A DNA stretch of 64,000 bases from a virus (taxonomy: Duplodnaviria > Caudoviricetes), in IMG/VR virus record IMGVR_UViG_3300043812_000016, positions 64,001 through 128,000 of that record, one strand, 5' to 3'. The translations under genes and the position numbers were made by a program. The notes under the pieces are model-generated. The model was not told the DNA's origin, ran no database searches, and worked only from the letters and a program-made list of their open reading frames with translations. Position 1 is the first letter of the stretch, and each line of letters starts with the position of its first letter. Positions 1 through 9,435 of the stretch are shown in pieces.

Positions 1-1
1 T

Positions 2-1258
2 AAGGTACCTGTTAACCAAACTGTTCAAAAGTATACTGTTTACTACTCACATGGTCGTACAGGACACCAAATGTTCCAACCAGAAATTGCCAAGCTTCGT
101 TCTAACGAACCTCATGCACGGCAAAAGACTGTTAACGTTAAGTTCCTTGTAGACACTAAGGGTAGTTCATTTGCAATGCAATGGGCTAATACAACTGTTG
201 ATACCAACATCTTGTTGGAAATCTCAGCTATTAACAACATTGCTAAGGCTATTGAATATGCTACTTTCTATGGTGACTCAGACTTGGCTCAACAAGACGG
301 TGAAGGTCTTGAATTTGACGGTCTTGAAAAGCTTATGGACGAACACAACAAGATTGATATGCGTGGTTCTTCCCTTACACCACAAGCACTTAACTTAGCC
401 GCTGTTAAGATTGCTCAAGGTTATGGTACACCAACTGATGCTTATATGCCGGTAGGTATTAAGGCTGATTTCGTTAACGAACACCTTGGTGCACAACGTA
501 TCTTACAACCTAACTCAGCTGGTGCTGGTATGCAAGTTGGTCTTGATATTCAACGGTTCATTTCAGCTCGTGGTAATATTGCTCTTCATGGTTCAACTAT
601 TATGGACCTTGATAAGAAGCTTGATATGGACGGTGCTGTAGACCAAGACGCTCCAGTAGCTCCAACTGTTAAGGCAGAAGTTGTTACTGGTGACAATGGT
701 ATGTTTATGGCAGACGACAAGAAGGACAAAGATGATAAGGTTGTTCTTAACAAGTCTGTTGGTGTTGACTTAACATACCGTGTAGTCGCCGTAGGTCAAC
801 AAGACTCATTACCATCTGATGAAGTTAAGGTTAAAGTTACGAACACTACTGATACTGTTAAGATTACTGCAACTCTTAACCGGATGGTTGCTAACATTCC
901 TGATTATGTTGCAATTTACCGTAAGTCAGATGTTCCGGGCGATGACCAATTCTGGCTTGTAGGTCGTGTAGCTATCTCTAAGATGGCTGGTGATGGTACT
1001 ATTGTATTCGAAGATAACAACGAAACTATTCCGGGTACTGGTGACGTATTCATTATTGAAAACCGTCCAACTACATTACGTTATCTCGAATTTGCACCAA
1101 TCACTAAATTCCCGCTCGCAATTACCACTACTGCTACTAACGTTGCATATTTGTGGTTTGGGAGTTTAGCATTAATCTTCCCTAAGCGGGTAGCGCTACT
1201 CCACAACACATTATATAACTCAACAGCTAAGTCAATTCCTTCCAGTGTAATTGATTAG
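2..1258 (+). CDS. Major capsid protein (5' end lies outside the window)
   Basis: Frame is open from position 2 (KVPVNQTVQKYTVYYSHGRTGHQ...). Motifs such as EYATFYGDSDL, GLEFDGLEKL and GYGTPTDAYMPVG resemble Twort/K-like major capsid proteins. Codon usage is strongly biased, as in highly expressed genes. Confidence 0.93.
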   Translation, partial: KVPVNQTVQKYTVYYSHGRTGHQMFQPEIAKLRSNEPHARQKTVNVKFLVDTKGSSFAMQWANTTVDTNILLEISAINNIAKAIEYATFYGDSDLAQQDGEGLEFDGLEKLMDEHNKIDMRGSSLTPQALNLAAVKIAQGYGTPTDAYMPVGIKADFVNEHLGAQRILQPNSAGAGMQVGLDIQRFISARGNIALHGSTIMDLDKKLDMDGAVDQDAPVAPTVKAEVVTGDNGMFMADDKKDKDDKVVLNKSVGVDLTYRVVAVGQQDSLPSDEVKVKVTNTTDTVKITATLNRMVANIPDYVAIYRKSDVPGDDQFWLVGRVAISKMAGDGTIVFEDNNETIPGTGDVFIIENRPTTLRYLEFAPITKFPLAITTTATNVAYLWFGSLALIFPKRVALLHNTLYNSTAKSIPSSVID

Positions 1259-1276
1259 CTTATAAAATAATTTATG

Positions 1277-1314
1277 TAAGAGTAAGATTAATTTCTTACT
1301 CTTATTTTTTTTTT
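1277..1314 (+). terminator. Rho-independent terminator after the capsid gene
   Basis: TAAGAGTAAGA-ttaatt-TCTTACTCTTA perfect 11-bp stem followed by T10. Confidence 0.9.
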
Positions 1315-1385
1315 AGTTTTTTATAATTTTGTCATGACTACTTCTACTAATTGTGCTATAATCATAAATGAAGGAGTTGATATTA

Positions 1386-2504
1386 ATGACTAGAAGAAAA
1401 ACTAATGAAGAATTTGTTAAACAGGTTAAAGAATTAGTAGGTGATGATTATACTTTTCTTGAACCTTATAAGAACAATAGAACTAAGTTATTAGTACGTC
1501 ATAATGTTTGTGGTAATGTGTATAGAGTTGTTCCTGATAGCTTTTTAAAGGGTCGTAGATGTCCTAAGTGTCGTAGGAAAGAAGTAACAAATAAGAGGCG
1601 TATGTCTAATGATGAGTTTATAAAACGTGTTAATGATTTAGTTGGTGATGAATACTCTGTATTAGAACCTTATGTTAATTCTCAAACACCTATTTTGATT
1701 AAACATAATGTTTGTGGTCATGTATTACAAATGAAACCAAACTCCTTTTTAAATGGTAGTCGTTGTAAATATTGTGCACATAATGTAAGATTAACTACGG
1801 ACGAGTTTAAAGATAGGATTAGTGGAATATATGGAAATGACTATACTGTTTTAGGCGATTATGTTAATTCCCATACGCCTATATTAGTTAGACACAACAT
1901 TTGTCACCATACTTATACAGTTAGACCTATGAATATAATGAGAGGTCAGAGATGTCCTTATTGCTTTAAGACTCCTAAAAAGACTACTAAGGAATTTCAA
2001 ATAGAATTGAATGAAATATATGGAAGAGGAGTTTATACAGTAGTCAGTCCTTATCGTGGGGCAAAAAAGAAAATAATGCTCAAACATAAGTGTGGCTATG
2101 TTTGGGGAACAAAGCCTAATTGGATGCTATCAAAAAGAGGTGGTTGTCCTATGTGCAATACCCCGCATGGAGAACTTATAATTAATAATATTTTAAAAGA
2201 CAGTGCTATATCTTATGAGCATCCTAAGAAGTTTAGTGACTTATTAGGCGTTGGCGGTTTTCCTTTGCATTATGACTTTTATATAGACGATCAGAGGGTA
2301 TTAATTGAATATCAAGGATTACAACACTATGAGCCTATTGATCATTTTGGTGGAAAAGAACAATTTAAGAAACAGCAGTATCATGATAAGTTAAAGCGCA
2401 AGTATGCAAAAGCTAACGGTTATAATTTAATTGAAATACCATATTCTTGTGATACTTACAATGATATAAAGAAGTGCTTAATTGAAGGTGGTTTAAAACT
2501 ATGA
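1386..2504 (+). CDS. Free-standing putative homing endonuclease: 4 Zn-ribbon repeats plus C-terminal Vsr/DUF559-like PD-(D/E)XK nuclease
   Basis: Four repeats of about 60-70 aa (EF..YxxL..Y....(I/L).vrHxxCG...CPxC). C-terminus LHYDFYI...IEYQGLQHY...HDKLKRKYA...LIEIPY. RBS AAGGAG favours the start at 1386. TG-TATAAT promoter just upstream. Confidence 0.8.
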   Translation: MTRRKTNEEFVKQVKELVGDDYTFLEPYKNNRTKLLVRHNVCGNVYRVVPDSFLKGRRCPKCRRKEVTNKRRMSNDEFIKRVNDLVGDEYSVLEPYVNSQTPILIKHNVCGHVLQMKPNSFLNGSRCKYCAHNVRLTTDEFKDRISGIYGNDYTVLGDYVNSHTPILVRHNICHHTYTVRPMNIMRGQRCPYCFKTPKKTTKEFQIELNEIYGRGVYTVVSPYRGAKKKIMLKHKCGYVWGTKPNWMLSKRGGCPMCNTPHGELIINNILKDSAISYEHPKKFSDLLGVGGFPLHYDFYIDDQRVLIEYQGLQHYEPIDHFGGKEQFKKQQYHDKLKRKYAKANGYNLIEIPYSCDTYNDIKKCLIEGGLKL

Positions 2505-3718
2505 CAAAAATAGACCAAGAACAGATTGGATTTAAGAAAGTTAATTCCCTAGACTTACATGGATTAATGGTTGACTATCATTATTTACACCGAGTAGTAG
2601 CTTGTAAGTATGCTTATGGAATGTACTACCAAAATCAATTAGTAGGAATGGTTACCTATACTCATGTACGTAAGTCTTTAGCTTCTTCAATCTCGCCTTT
2701 AGCTAATAAAGATAATACTTTAGAATTATCTCGATTATACATAAAAGACGAAGTAAGCCAAAACTTAAAGAATATTACTTCTAAGTTTGTTTCATGGACT
2801 TTAAGACAATTAAAGCAAGAACAAGATGGTAATTGGTTTATTATCTCCTTTGCTGATCAAGGTATGCACCATACAGGAGCAATTTACCAAGCTACTAACT
2901 TCTTATACTGTGGAACAACAGATTCTGGTATCTTTTGTTATAATGGACCAGATAAGAAAGGTGGTAAATGGGTTAAAGGACATCACTACCGTTTCTTTAT
3001 CCTACGTTCAATTAAGTATCGTTACATTATGTTCTTAGGTTCTAAGACGTTTAAGAAACAAGCCCGTAAGACCCTTAAATTTGAGATTGAACCTTATCCT
3101 AAACAAGATAGCATTCACTACTCAGTAGGTGATACAGAAGAACGTTTAATCCGTGATCGTCAAGAAAATAAGGTTTATACAGAAACTGAATTACTTAAAG
3201 CTTTTCCTAACTATGATTGGAATGGAGATAATGGAGAAGTAGTTAAACCTATTAAGCCTAAGGTTGTTAAAAAGGTTAATCAACACTTTGCCCCAGTCTA
3301 TGCTATCAGCACTAAAACTAATCAAGTCTTTCAGTTTGAGTCTATTCGCTCCTGTGCAGAAACTCTAAATGTAGGTGAACGTAATATTAAGCACTGCTTA
3401 GCTGATAAGAAAGGTTCTCTTGGTGGTTTTGTCTTTTGCAGACCAGATGATTACACCTCAGAGCTTGCTAAGGAATTAGTAGAAAACGCTAAGAAGAGTC
3501 CTAAGTATAATCATGATTTCATCGTTGATGGTAACTGGGTAGAGGGAATGACTAAAGTTCGAGAGATTGTAGGAGCTAGTCGTTCTTCTATTCATAGGGC
3601 AATTGATGTTAACCGTAGAGAGGTTAAAGGACACACAATTGATATTCCTAAGCCTAAGGATATTGTTAATCATTATAAGTCTGTTTATCAACCTTTAGTT
3701 ACATATTTAATTAGTTAA
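2501..3718 (+). CDS. Mom-like (GNAT-fold) DNA modification protein with C-terminal NUMOD1-like HTH domains
   Basis: YHYLHR, LELSRL and IISFADQGMHHTGAIYQATNFLYCG match the Mu Mom family pattern. C-terminal FESIRSCAETLNVGERNIKHCL resembles a NUMOD1 HTH. ATGA overlap with the upstream nuclease and its own RBS (GAAGGTGG). Confidence 0.78.
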   Translation: MTKIDQEQIGFKKVNSLDLHGLMVDYHYLHRVVACKYAYGMYYQNQLVGMVTYTHVRKSLASSISPLANKDNTLELSRLYIKDEVSQNLKNITSKFVSWTLRQLKQEQDGNWFIISFADQGMHHTGAIYQATNFLYCGTTDSGIFCYNGPDKKGGKWVKGHHYRFFILRSIKYRYIMFLGSKTFKKQARKTLKFEIEPYPKQDSIHYSVGDTEERLIRDRQENKVYTETELLKAFPNYDWNGDNGEVVKPIKPKVVKKVNQHFAPVYAISTKTNQVFQFESIRSCAETLNVGERNIKHCLADKKGSLGGFVFCRPDDYTSELAKELVENAKKSPKYNHDFIVDGNWVEGMTKVREIVGASRSSIHRAIDVNRREVKGHTIDIPKPKDIVNHYKSVYQPLVTYLIS

Positions 3719-3725
3719 AATAGAT

Positions 3726-3747
3726 GACTGTTAATTCAGTCTTTTTT
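3726..3747 (+). terminator. Rho-independent terminator
   Basis: GACTG-ttaatt-CAGTC followed by T6. Confidence 0.6.
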
Positions 3748-3760
3748 ATTTAATCTTTTT

Positions 3761-3802
3761 GTATAAAAGTAGTTGAAAATTCAACTAAAAGTGTTATACT
3801 TA
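3761..3802 (+). promoter_or_regulatory. SigA-type promoter with a palindromic operator over the -35 (copy 1)
   Basis: TTGAAA-16 nt-TATACT with an extended TG. Palindrome TAGTTGAA-aa-TTCAACTA at 3770-3787. Near-identical copy at about 23007. Confidence 0.75.
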
Positions 3803-3832
3803 TAATTGAAATAAGGAAAGGAAGTTATTAAG

Positions 3833-4396
3833 ATGAGAATGATTAAGACTTCAACGGCTGGTTATATTTCGGTAATTCAATTTGTAATGGGTGCTTGGTT
3901 TGGGTATTCAATGCTAATGGCAATTATCTCTGGAGTGCTTACGTGGTTTGTGCTCAATTGTTTTGGCGTTGATATTGAGCTTGATAATTCATCAACTGAA
4001 CAGGATAATGTAGACACTGAAAATAATAAAGAAACTGCTAAGACACGAGAAGAATTAAAAAACAAGTAGAAGATCAGTTTAATAGTAGAAATAGCTATGC
4101 TAGAAAATAGGAAAGAGTTGTTAAATAAGATTGATTAGCTTTCTTATGGTAGTGTTAATTTTGTTAAGAGGTTGTTAAGTATGGAAAAGAAGTATGAAGA
4201 TTACTTTAATTTCATTAAGACTATGCTAATTCTTAACTCTAATGAAGAAGAATCTACTTTTTCATTGGATGTTAAAATGAAAATGATTAGAGAGCAAACT
4301 AGAGTGTTGCTTGAGCGAGAGTTAACTGACTATGCTAACGAAATGACTGAACAGCATAACAAGTACGTTGAAAAGTTGAGGGCTAAATTATCATGA
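3833..4396 (+). pseudogene. Membrane-anchored hypothetical protein interrupted by two in-frame TAG codons
   Basis: ORFs 3833-4069 and 4172-4396 share a frame. The only stops between them are TAG 4067-4069 and TAG 4136-4138. Confidence 0.5.
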
Positions 4397-5118
4397 AAAT
4401 TTTTCGTTTAGGTATACAAAAGAAATGGCACATAGTTGATCCAGAAGACCATAATCATTCTTTATGTCGTGAAAATTATAATGCTAATCCAGAAGTAGAA
4501 GATGTGCGTGAATATAAAGATGAAAAGCTTTGTAATATTTGTATGTCTCGGGCTTATAAACGTGGGTTTATTGGAGTTTATCCAAAGGTTTATTTAGATC
4601 GGGTTAATGTTCATAAATATCATACTTATGACGCTGATACTATTACTCGTCTTTATAATCCAGAAAAGAATTATAAGGAAACTCTTTATCCAGACCGTAA
4701 TTCTAAGATTGCTGATCCCGAAGGTTATTTAGCAGACCAATTCTTTGGATTTTTGATTGAAGAGCTAAAGGGTCGTGAAACGGGTCTTTGGACTTTTAGA
4801 GAGTTGCAGGAAGACTTACTTTCTAAAGATAAACATACTAAAAAGCAAAAAAATTTCTGGGTTGATAATTTCCTAACGCAAAATAAAGTTAGAACAGACT
4901 TACTTTATCGGATTTATCCTATTAGTAATTATGTAAAGCATCAGTTAGTAGAAAGCGATAAACCCCGTCATGTTGAATTATTAGCTTTAAGACCAGATTA
5001 TAAAGAAGACGTTGAGCCTGTTGAAGATTTTGTTGGTTATTATATTGGAGAGGGTAAGACTAATGACTTACCAACTTCTTTAATTGATCCTTTTGCTATT
5101 GTAGACGGTAAATTATAA
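4393..5118 (+). CDS. Hypothetical protein
   Basis: 241-aa ORF with ATGA overlap. Cys/His cluster near the N-terminus (H..LC..CNIC). Confidence 0.7.
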   Translation: MKIFRLGIQKKWHIVDPEDHNHSLCRENYNANPEVEDVREYKDEKLCNICMSRAYKRGFIGVYPKVYLDRVNVHKYHTYDADTITRLYNPEKNYKETLYPDRNSKIADPEGYLADQFFGFLIEELKGRETGLWTFRELQEDLLSKDKHTKKQKNFWVDNFLTQNKVRTDLLYRIYPISNYVKHQLVESDKPRHVELLALRPDYKEDVEPVEDFVGYYIGEGKTNDLPTSLIDPFAIVDGKL

Positions 5119-5411
5119 TGAATATAATTTCAGTATTTGTCTTAGACTTCTCTAATGAACATATCATGTTGTTTCATTGCTCTAATTCTATTCGAGAGTT
5201 CCAAGACTTTGAACAACAAGTAGTTAATACTCTAACAGATGAAGAATTAAGCTTAGGCGGTTCTCATGTTATTGGTAATGGTCATATTGAGACCCCAGAT
5301 GATTTAAAGGAATATGATCCGTTCTTTATTCCTTATAAGTCTGTATACACAATTAAAGAATATCAAAGCTATGCTGAATTAGCTGTTAAACAACAAAGAC
5401 TGTTCAGATGA
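5118..5411 (+). CDS. Hypothetical protein
   Basis: 97-aa ORF coupled by TAATG overlap. Confidence 0.65.
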   Translation: MNIISVFVLDFSNEHIMLFHCSNSIREFQDFEQQVVNTLTDEELSLGGSHVIGNGHIETPDDLKEYDPFFIPYKSVYTIKEYQSYAELAVKQQRLFR

Positions 5412-5467
5412 GTAGTCTTTTTATATTAAGACTAGGTAAACCTTTAACAGAAAGGCAGGTTAAAATT

Positions 5468-6389
5468 TTGTCTAAGGAAGATATAAGAAACTATTTTCAA
5501 ATACAAAAACAACCCGGAGCAATCCAGACTTATAATGGTAATCCAGATTATGCTCTAGGTAGTGATTATGAAGGATGTAACCCTAGATTCTTTAGGTATT
5601 AATATTGACTTAATTAAAAATGAACTTATGGGTATGGAAAGAGACTTAGTAGATCCTGTTACTAATGAGCCTTATCCAGACAGTTTTTATAAGATGATTT
5701 TAAATCGGGTGGTTGCACAGGCTGAAAAGATTTTTGACGTGGCAATTGTTCCTCGTCTACAGGTAGACCGTTTGGACTATCACCGTTCAGACTTTAATGC
5801 TTTTGCCTATCTACATACAACAATGAGACCTATTTTAAGTGTTAAGGACTTATTACTCTATTATAATAATCAAGATATTATGCACATTCCAGACGAGTGG
5901 ATTAAGGTAACTAATCGTACAGGTCAATTACAAGTATCTCCGTCTGTATTAATGCAAGGACTTAATACTACTATTAACCCTACTGTTTATCCTTTAATTA
6001 ATTCTCCTTATGGAATGACTCCTAGTCCTTTTACTCAAATGGAGTTTGCTCCTCAAATGTTAGGAGTAACTTATGTAGCTGGTATGATGCCACATACTGG
6101 TAAAGACGGGGTTAATTATGATTGGATGATTCAACCGGATATGCTTTCGTATATTGCTAAGTTAGGTGCTGTAGAAATTTTGGAGAAATGGTCACGGAAC
6201 ATAGTAGGAGCGGGTATAGCGTCATACAGTGTTTCAGTGGACGGTATATCTACTAGTCTTAACACTACAGCTTCTGCTGAAAACTCAGCCGCTACTGCCG
6301 AAGTAGATCAGATGGTTCGAGATATGAAACCTATAGAACAGCGCTTGCTTTCCTACTATGGCAACCCTGAGATAGGCTGGTTTTCATAA
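5468..6389 (+). CDS. Head-tail adaptor/neck protein (apparent +1 frameshift near 5573)
   Basis: DPVTNEPYPDSFY..AQAEKIFDVAIVP..DYHRSDF and GAGIASYSVSVDGISTSLNTTASAE resemble the K/Twort post-capsid neck protein. Removing one G at 5573-5574 joins an N-terminus starting at TTG 5468, which has RBS GAAAGG and TATATTA upstream. Confidence 0.75.
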
Positions 6390-6424
6390 CTAAAATGTGT
6401 TATATTGTATTTTTAATTTCATTA

Positions 6425-6557
6425 TTGACAATTACGACTATCATGCTATTATAGTATTTGTGGGTTCATTAATTAATTTCGATTTTGGCTTAACATATTT
6501 ACACCTATATACTACTTTTGTGTTTTTAAGGCACCTATTAATTTAGGTGTCTTTTTT
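6425..6557 (+). ncRNA. Candidate small RNA unit: SigA promoter, about 100 nt without an ORF, terminator
   Basis: TTGACA (6425)-16 nt-TATTAT. Terminator AGGCACCTA-ttaatt-TAGGTGTCT followed by a T-run. No ORF between them. Confidence 0.4.
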
Positions 6558-6613
6558 GTGTTTTAAATTCAACCTATATTAAAGAGGATAAATAGAAAGT
6601 AGGTGAAATTATA

Positions 6614-7645
6614 ATGGCTGATAATCCTTTGCATGAAAAAGTAGAGTCTGCTAATCCGTTTTACCCAGCTAAGAATAATATGAATCCTCTTGATATTGAT
6701 AGGGTAGTTCAGTTAATTCAGCAACACGCAGTTAATGTTGTTTGGGAGCAGGCTTATCATTGTCCTTGTTTAGACGAACAGACAGGTCAACCTCAGCCTA
6801 ATTGTCCTGTTTGTCATGGTCAAGGTTGGATTTATTTACATCCAAGAACAATTGATATGGCAATTCAGGGTGATGAAAAGAACTTTAGCTTAAATCCTAC
6901 TGGTATGGATAATTTAGGTACTAGCAAAGCAACTCCACAAGTTACTGTAAATGGAATTGAGCAGGGGATTAAGCCGGGTGATAGAATTACAGTTACTGGG
7001 TGGACAACTAATGACTCTTATACATTTAATGTGACTAATGAACGTTTACAAGATGGCCTATTTTTACCATTTGATGTAGCCTCTATTAACGAAGCTTATT
7101 ATATTGAAAATGGAGAATTAAAATCTATTAACGATATTGCTGATTCATTAGTAGTTAATGAAGGCAACCAATTAGAGATTAAGGACGAAAGTTTATTAGG
7201 TAGAGTTATTACTTTATCTTTAGAGGTTGTTAAACGCTTTTATGTTGTTTCTATGATTAAAGAATTACGTTATCAACAATATTACAAGCTTAATCAAAAA
7301 CTATGGGCTTTAGGTAATGGTACCCGTGCAGTTAATGAAGATGAGGCTGTTATTAATGAAGATGACCAATTAGGTAATGAATATGTTAATCCTAATGATA
7401 TGAGTAGTATTGTTCCTAAGAATATTAAACAGGCTCAGTTACGCTCTTATCCTCAAGTAGTAAATCGTGACGGGGCACAAATTGTAATTGGTAAGCACCA
7501 GATTTTTAGGATGCCTCCTACATTACTAATTAGAAGAGAAAATCTTTACTTCTCTAATGTTAACTTGGCAACCTCAGACGGTAAGAATCAGTCTGTAATT
7601 AAGAACCCAACATTGAATGAGTTTGACGACTTCCTAGGGGGCTAA
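6614..7645 (+). CDS. Neck/head-closure virion protein
   Basis: WEQAYHCPC...TGQPQPNCPVCHGQGW motif, characteristic of the conserved Herelleviridae neck gene. Synteny supports it. Confidence 0.75.
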   Translation: MADNPLHEKVESANPFYPAKNNMNPLDIDRVVQLIQQHAVNVVWEQAYHCPCLDEQTGQPQPNCPVCHGQGWIYLHPRTIDMAIQGDEKNFSLNPTGMDNLGTSKATPQVTVNGIEQGIKPGDRITVTGWTTNDSYTFNVTNERLQDGLFLPFDVASINEAYYIENGELKSINDIADSLVVNEGNQLEIKDESLLGRVITLSLEVVKRFYVVSMIKELRYQQYYKLNQKLWALGNGTRAVNEDEAVINEDDQLGNEYVNPNDMSSIVPKNIKQAQLRSYPQVVNRDGAQIVIGKHQIFRMPPTLLIRRENLYFSNVNLATSDGKNQSVIKNPTLNEFDDFLGG

Positions 7646-7648
7646 GTA

Positions 7649-8362
7649 ATGGCTCAAATATCAGATTTAATTAGTAATGAGTCTATTAGAGGTCTCCATG
7701 AGTTCTTTAACAGACAGGTAGATGAGAAACAGATCACTGAATCGTATACTAAGGGTTTAGCTAATGAATTAAAAAAGACCTTTGGTAATCTTGCAGTTAG
7801 GGATAATGGATCTAGTGTATCTGTTGCCTATCGAATTTTGAATGACGCTAATAATGAGAATGTTGGCTTTTATGACTTAAAGCAGGCGTTTGCTCGTTCG
7901 CCTAAGGCTAAGCCTACTAAAGATGGGGGTTGGTATATTAGAATACCAATTTCAAATCGTGCAACAGAATATCGTCAAGCTTTTGGTCGTAGACTATGGG
8001 ACACAATTAGTCATACTGAGTTTGGTACTACTTCTAGTGCAGATGAGAATATAGCTAGATTTCAAAAGATTTTATCTAATGCTGGAGGAGTTAATAGTAG
8101 TCCAATTGCTTACCAGTGGAAGTCTACTAGCGTTACTCGTGAACGGTTTGGTAGTTCAGCTACAAGAGGACAGTATATATCATTCCGTACTGTTTCTGAT
8201 AAGTCAGATCCTAGCTCTTGGATTATCAATAAATCGGGTATGAATGCAAAAATTAATCAAGAAACAGAAAATGAACAACAAGCACAAGAGGTCGCTAAAG
8301 TTGTACAGCAGGCAATTAGACAAATCATAGATAGATACAATAAGGCAGGTGAGATTAGTTAA
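7649..8362 (+). CDS. Virion neck/tail completion protein
   Basis: YDLKQAFARSPKAKPTKDGGWYIRIPI and YISFRTVSDKSDPSSWIIN are conserved in Herelleviridae. Synteny supports it. Confidence 0.72.
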   Translation: MAQISDLISNESIRGLHEFFNRQVDEKQITESYTKGLANELKKTFGNLAVRDNGSSVSVAYRILNDANNENVGFYDLKQAFARSPKAKPTKDGGWYIRIPISNRATEYRQAFGRRLWDTISHTEFGTTSSADENIARFQKILSNAGGVNSSPIAYQWKSTSVTRERFGSSATRGQYISFRTVSDKSDPSSWIINKSGMNAKINQETENEQQAQEVAKVVQQAIRQIIDRYNKAGEIS

Positions 8363-9207
8363 TGAGTATTGAATTAGTAGATCAGCATATAGTCGATGAG
8401 GTTAATTCCCTCTTAAAAGGTATACTTGCCAATCCCTATATTATAAAACAGGAAATACTTAGCCAACTTCCCGACAAAATTGTAGATAACTTTATTAATA
8501 CATACGGAATTGGAAAGAGTAATCATGGGGTTGAAATTCCTCTTTATTTTGCTTTTCCTCAAACTCCTCCTAAAACAGCTTTCTTATTAGCACAGTTTAA
8601 GGGGTCACAGGAAGATGAGGATAATGCAGTATTAGGTAATTATCAAGGGGAATTAACTTCTAATGATAGTGGTAAGCTAACACATGAGAAGTTACCCGTA
8701 ATAGTTGATGGTAAGCAGGCTTATTTACAGCCTAGTCAACCCATTAAAGATGTTTATTCTCTTCCACAAACTAATGTGTATGAGGTAAAGGATAATAAGG
8801 TCTATATTCCTTATTTACCTATCTATAATAAAGATTCTAAATTTGATCTGTTCTATATAATTAAGGAAGAAAATACAGGTCAGTCTTATCCAATAGGTAT
8901 AAATACCATAGAAGCTGTAACAATAGATTTTATCTCCAATAATACAAATACTATTCGTTGTCTTTCTGGAATATTTGTTTATATTGAAACCTATTTGCGA
9001 AAGTCATTAGAGGATAATGGCGCTGTCTTTTTACCTAGTATTGAGTTAAATGGTATGGATATGGTTCAAGACGTAAGTACAGCAGAGAATAGTCTTGGTG
9101 GTCAACAATTGTACTATCGCCGACTAACTGTAAACTATCATGTAACCCAAACGATTAAACAGAATATGAATCAAACATTAGATAAGATTATTTTAGGTGG
9201 TGAATAG
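8362..9207 (+). CDS. Putative tail terminator/virion protein
   Basis: Lies two genes before the sheath. 281 aa, similar in size and position to K-like homologs. Confidence 0.6.
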   Translation: MSIELVDQHIVDEVNSLLKGILANPYIIKQEILSQLPDKIVDNFINTYGIGKSNHGVEIPLYFAFPQTPPKTAFLLAQFKGSQEDEDNAVLGNYQGELTSNDSGKLTHEKLPVIVDGKQAYLQPSQPIKDVYSLPQTNVYEVKDNKVYIPYLPIYNKDSKFDLFYIIKEENTGQSYPIGINTIEAVTIDFISNNTNTIRCLSGIFVYIETYLRKSLEDNGAVFLPSIELNGMDMVQDVSTAENSLGGQQLYYRRLTVNYHVTQTIKQNMNQTLDKIILGGE

Positions 9208-9406
9208 ATTGGTGAAGAAAGATCAGAAGTTAACCCTTTATTCTCTAAACGAGTTTCTTACTACGGTTAAGGGAATGGCTAAGTATCGAAAATTAACTGA
9301 TATACAGCTTGCTGGATTTAGTAACTTAATGCGTTCTAAGGATATGCTTTTTGTATACGATCCACACGTATATCTTGAAGAATTAGACCATTATATTAAT
9401 GGTTAA
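9197..9406 (+). CDS. Small conserved hypothetical protein upstream of the sheath gene
   Basis: Contains EFL...QLAGF...YL in the position of the small pre-sheath gene of Twort-like phages. Start codon uncertain. Confidence 0.6.
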   Translation: MVNRLVKKDQKLTLYSLNEFLTTVKGMAKYRKLTDIQLAGFSNLMRSKDMLFVYDPHVYLEELDHYING

Positions 9407-9435
9407 TATTGTTAAGTAGAAAGGAACGGGATAAA

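Noticed and set aside
2495-2510. The split nuclease/Mom pair being an error-broken fusion
   Set aside because: The junction is a canonical ATGA overlap with a well-placed RBS (GAAGGTGG), and fusing would need an added base, opposite to the dominant error type here.
5408-5602. 64-aa ORF as an independent gene
   Set aside because: Its 3' part is better explained as the true N-terminus of the neck protein, separated by a one-base indel near 5573.
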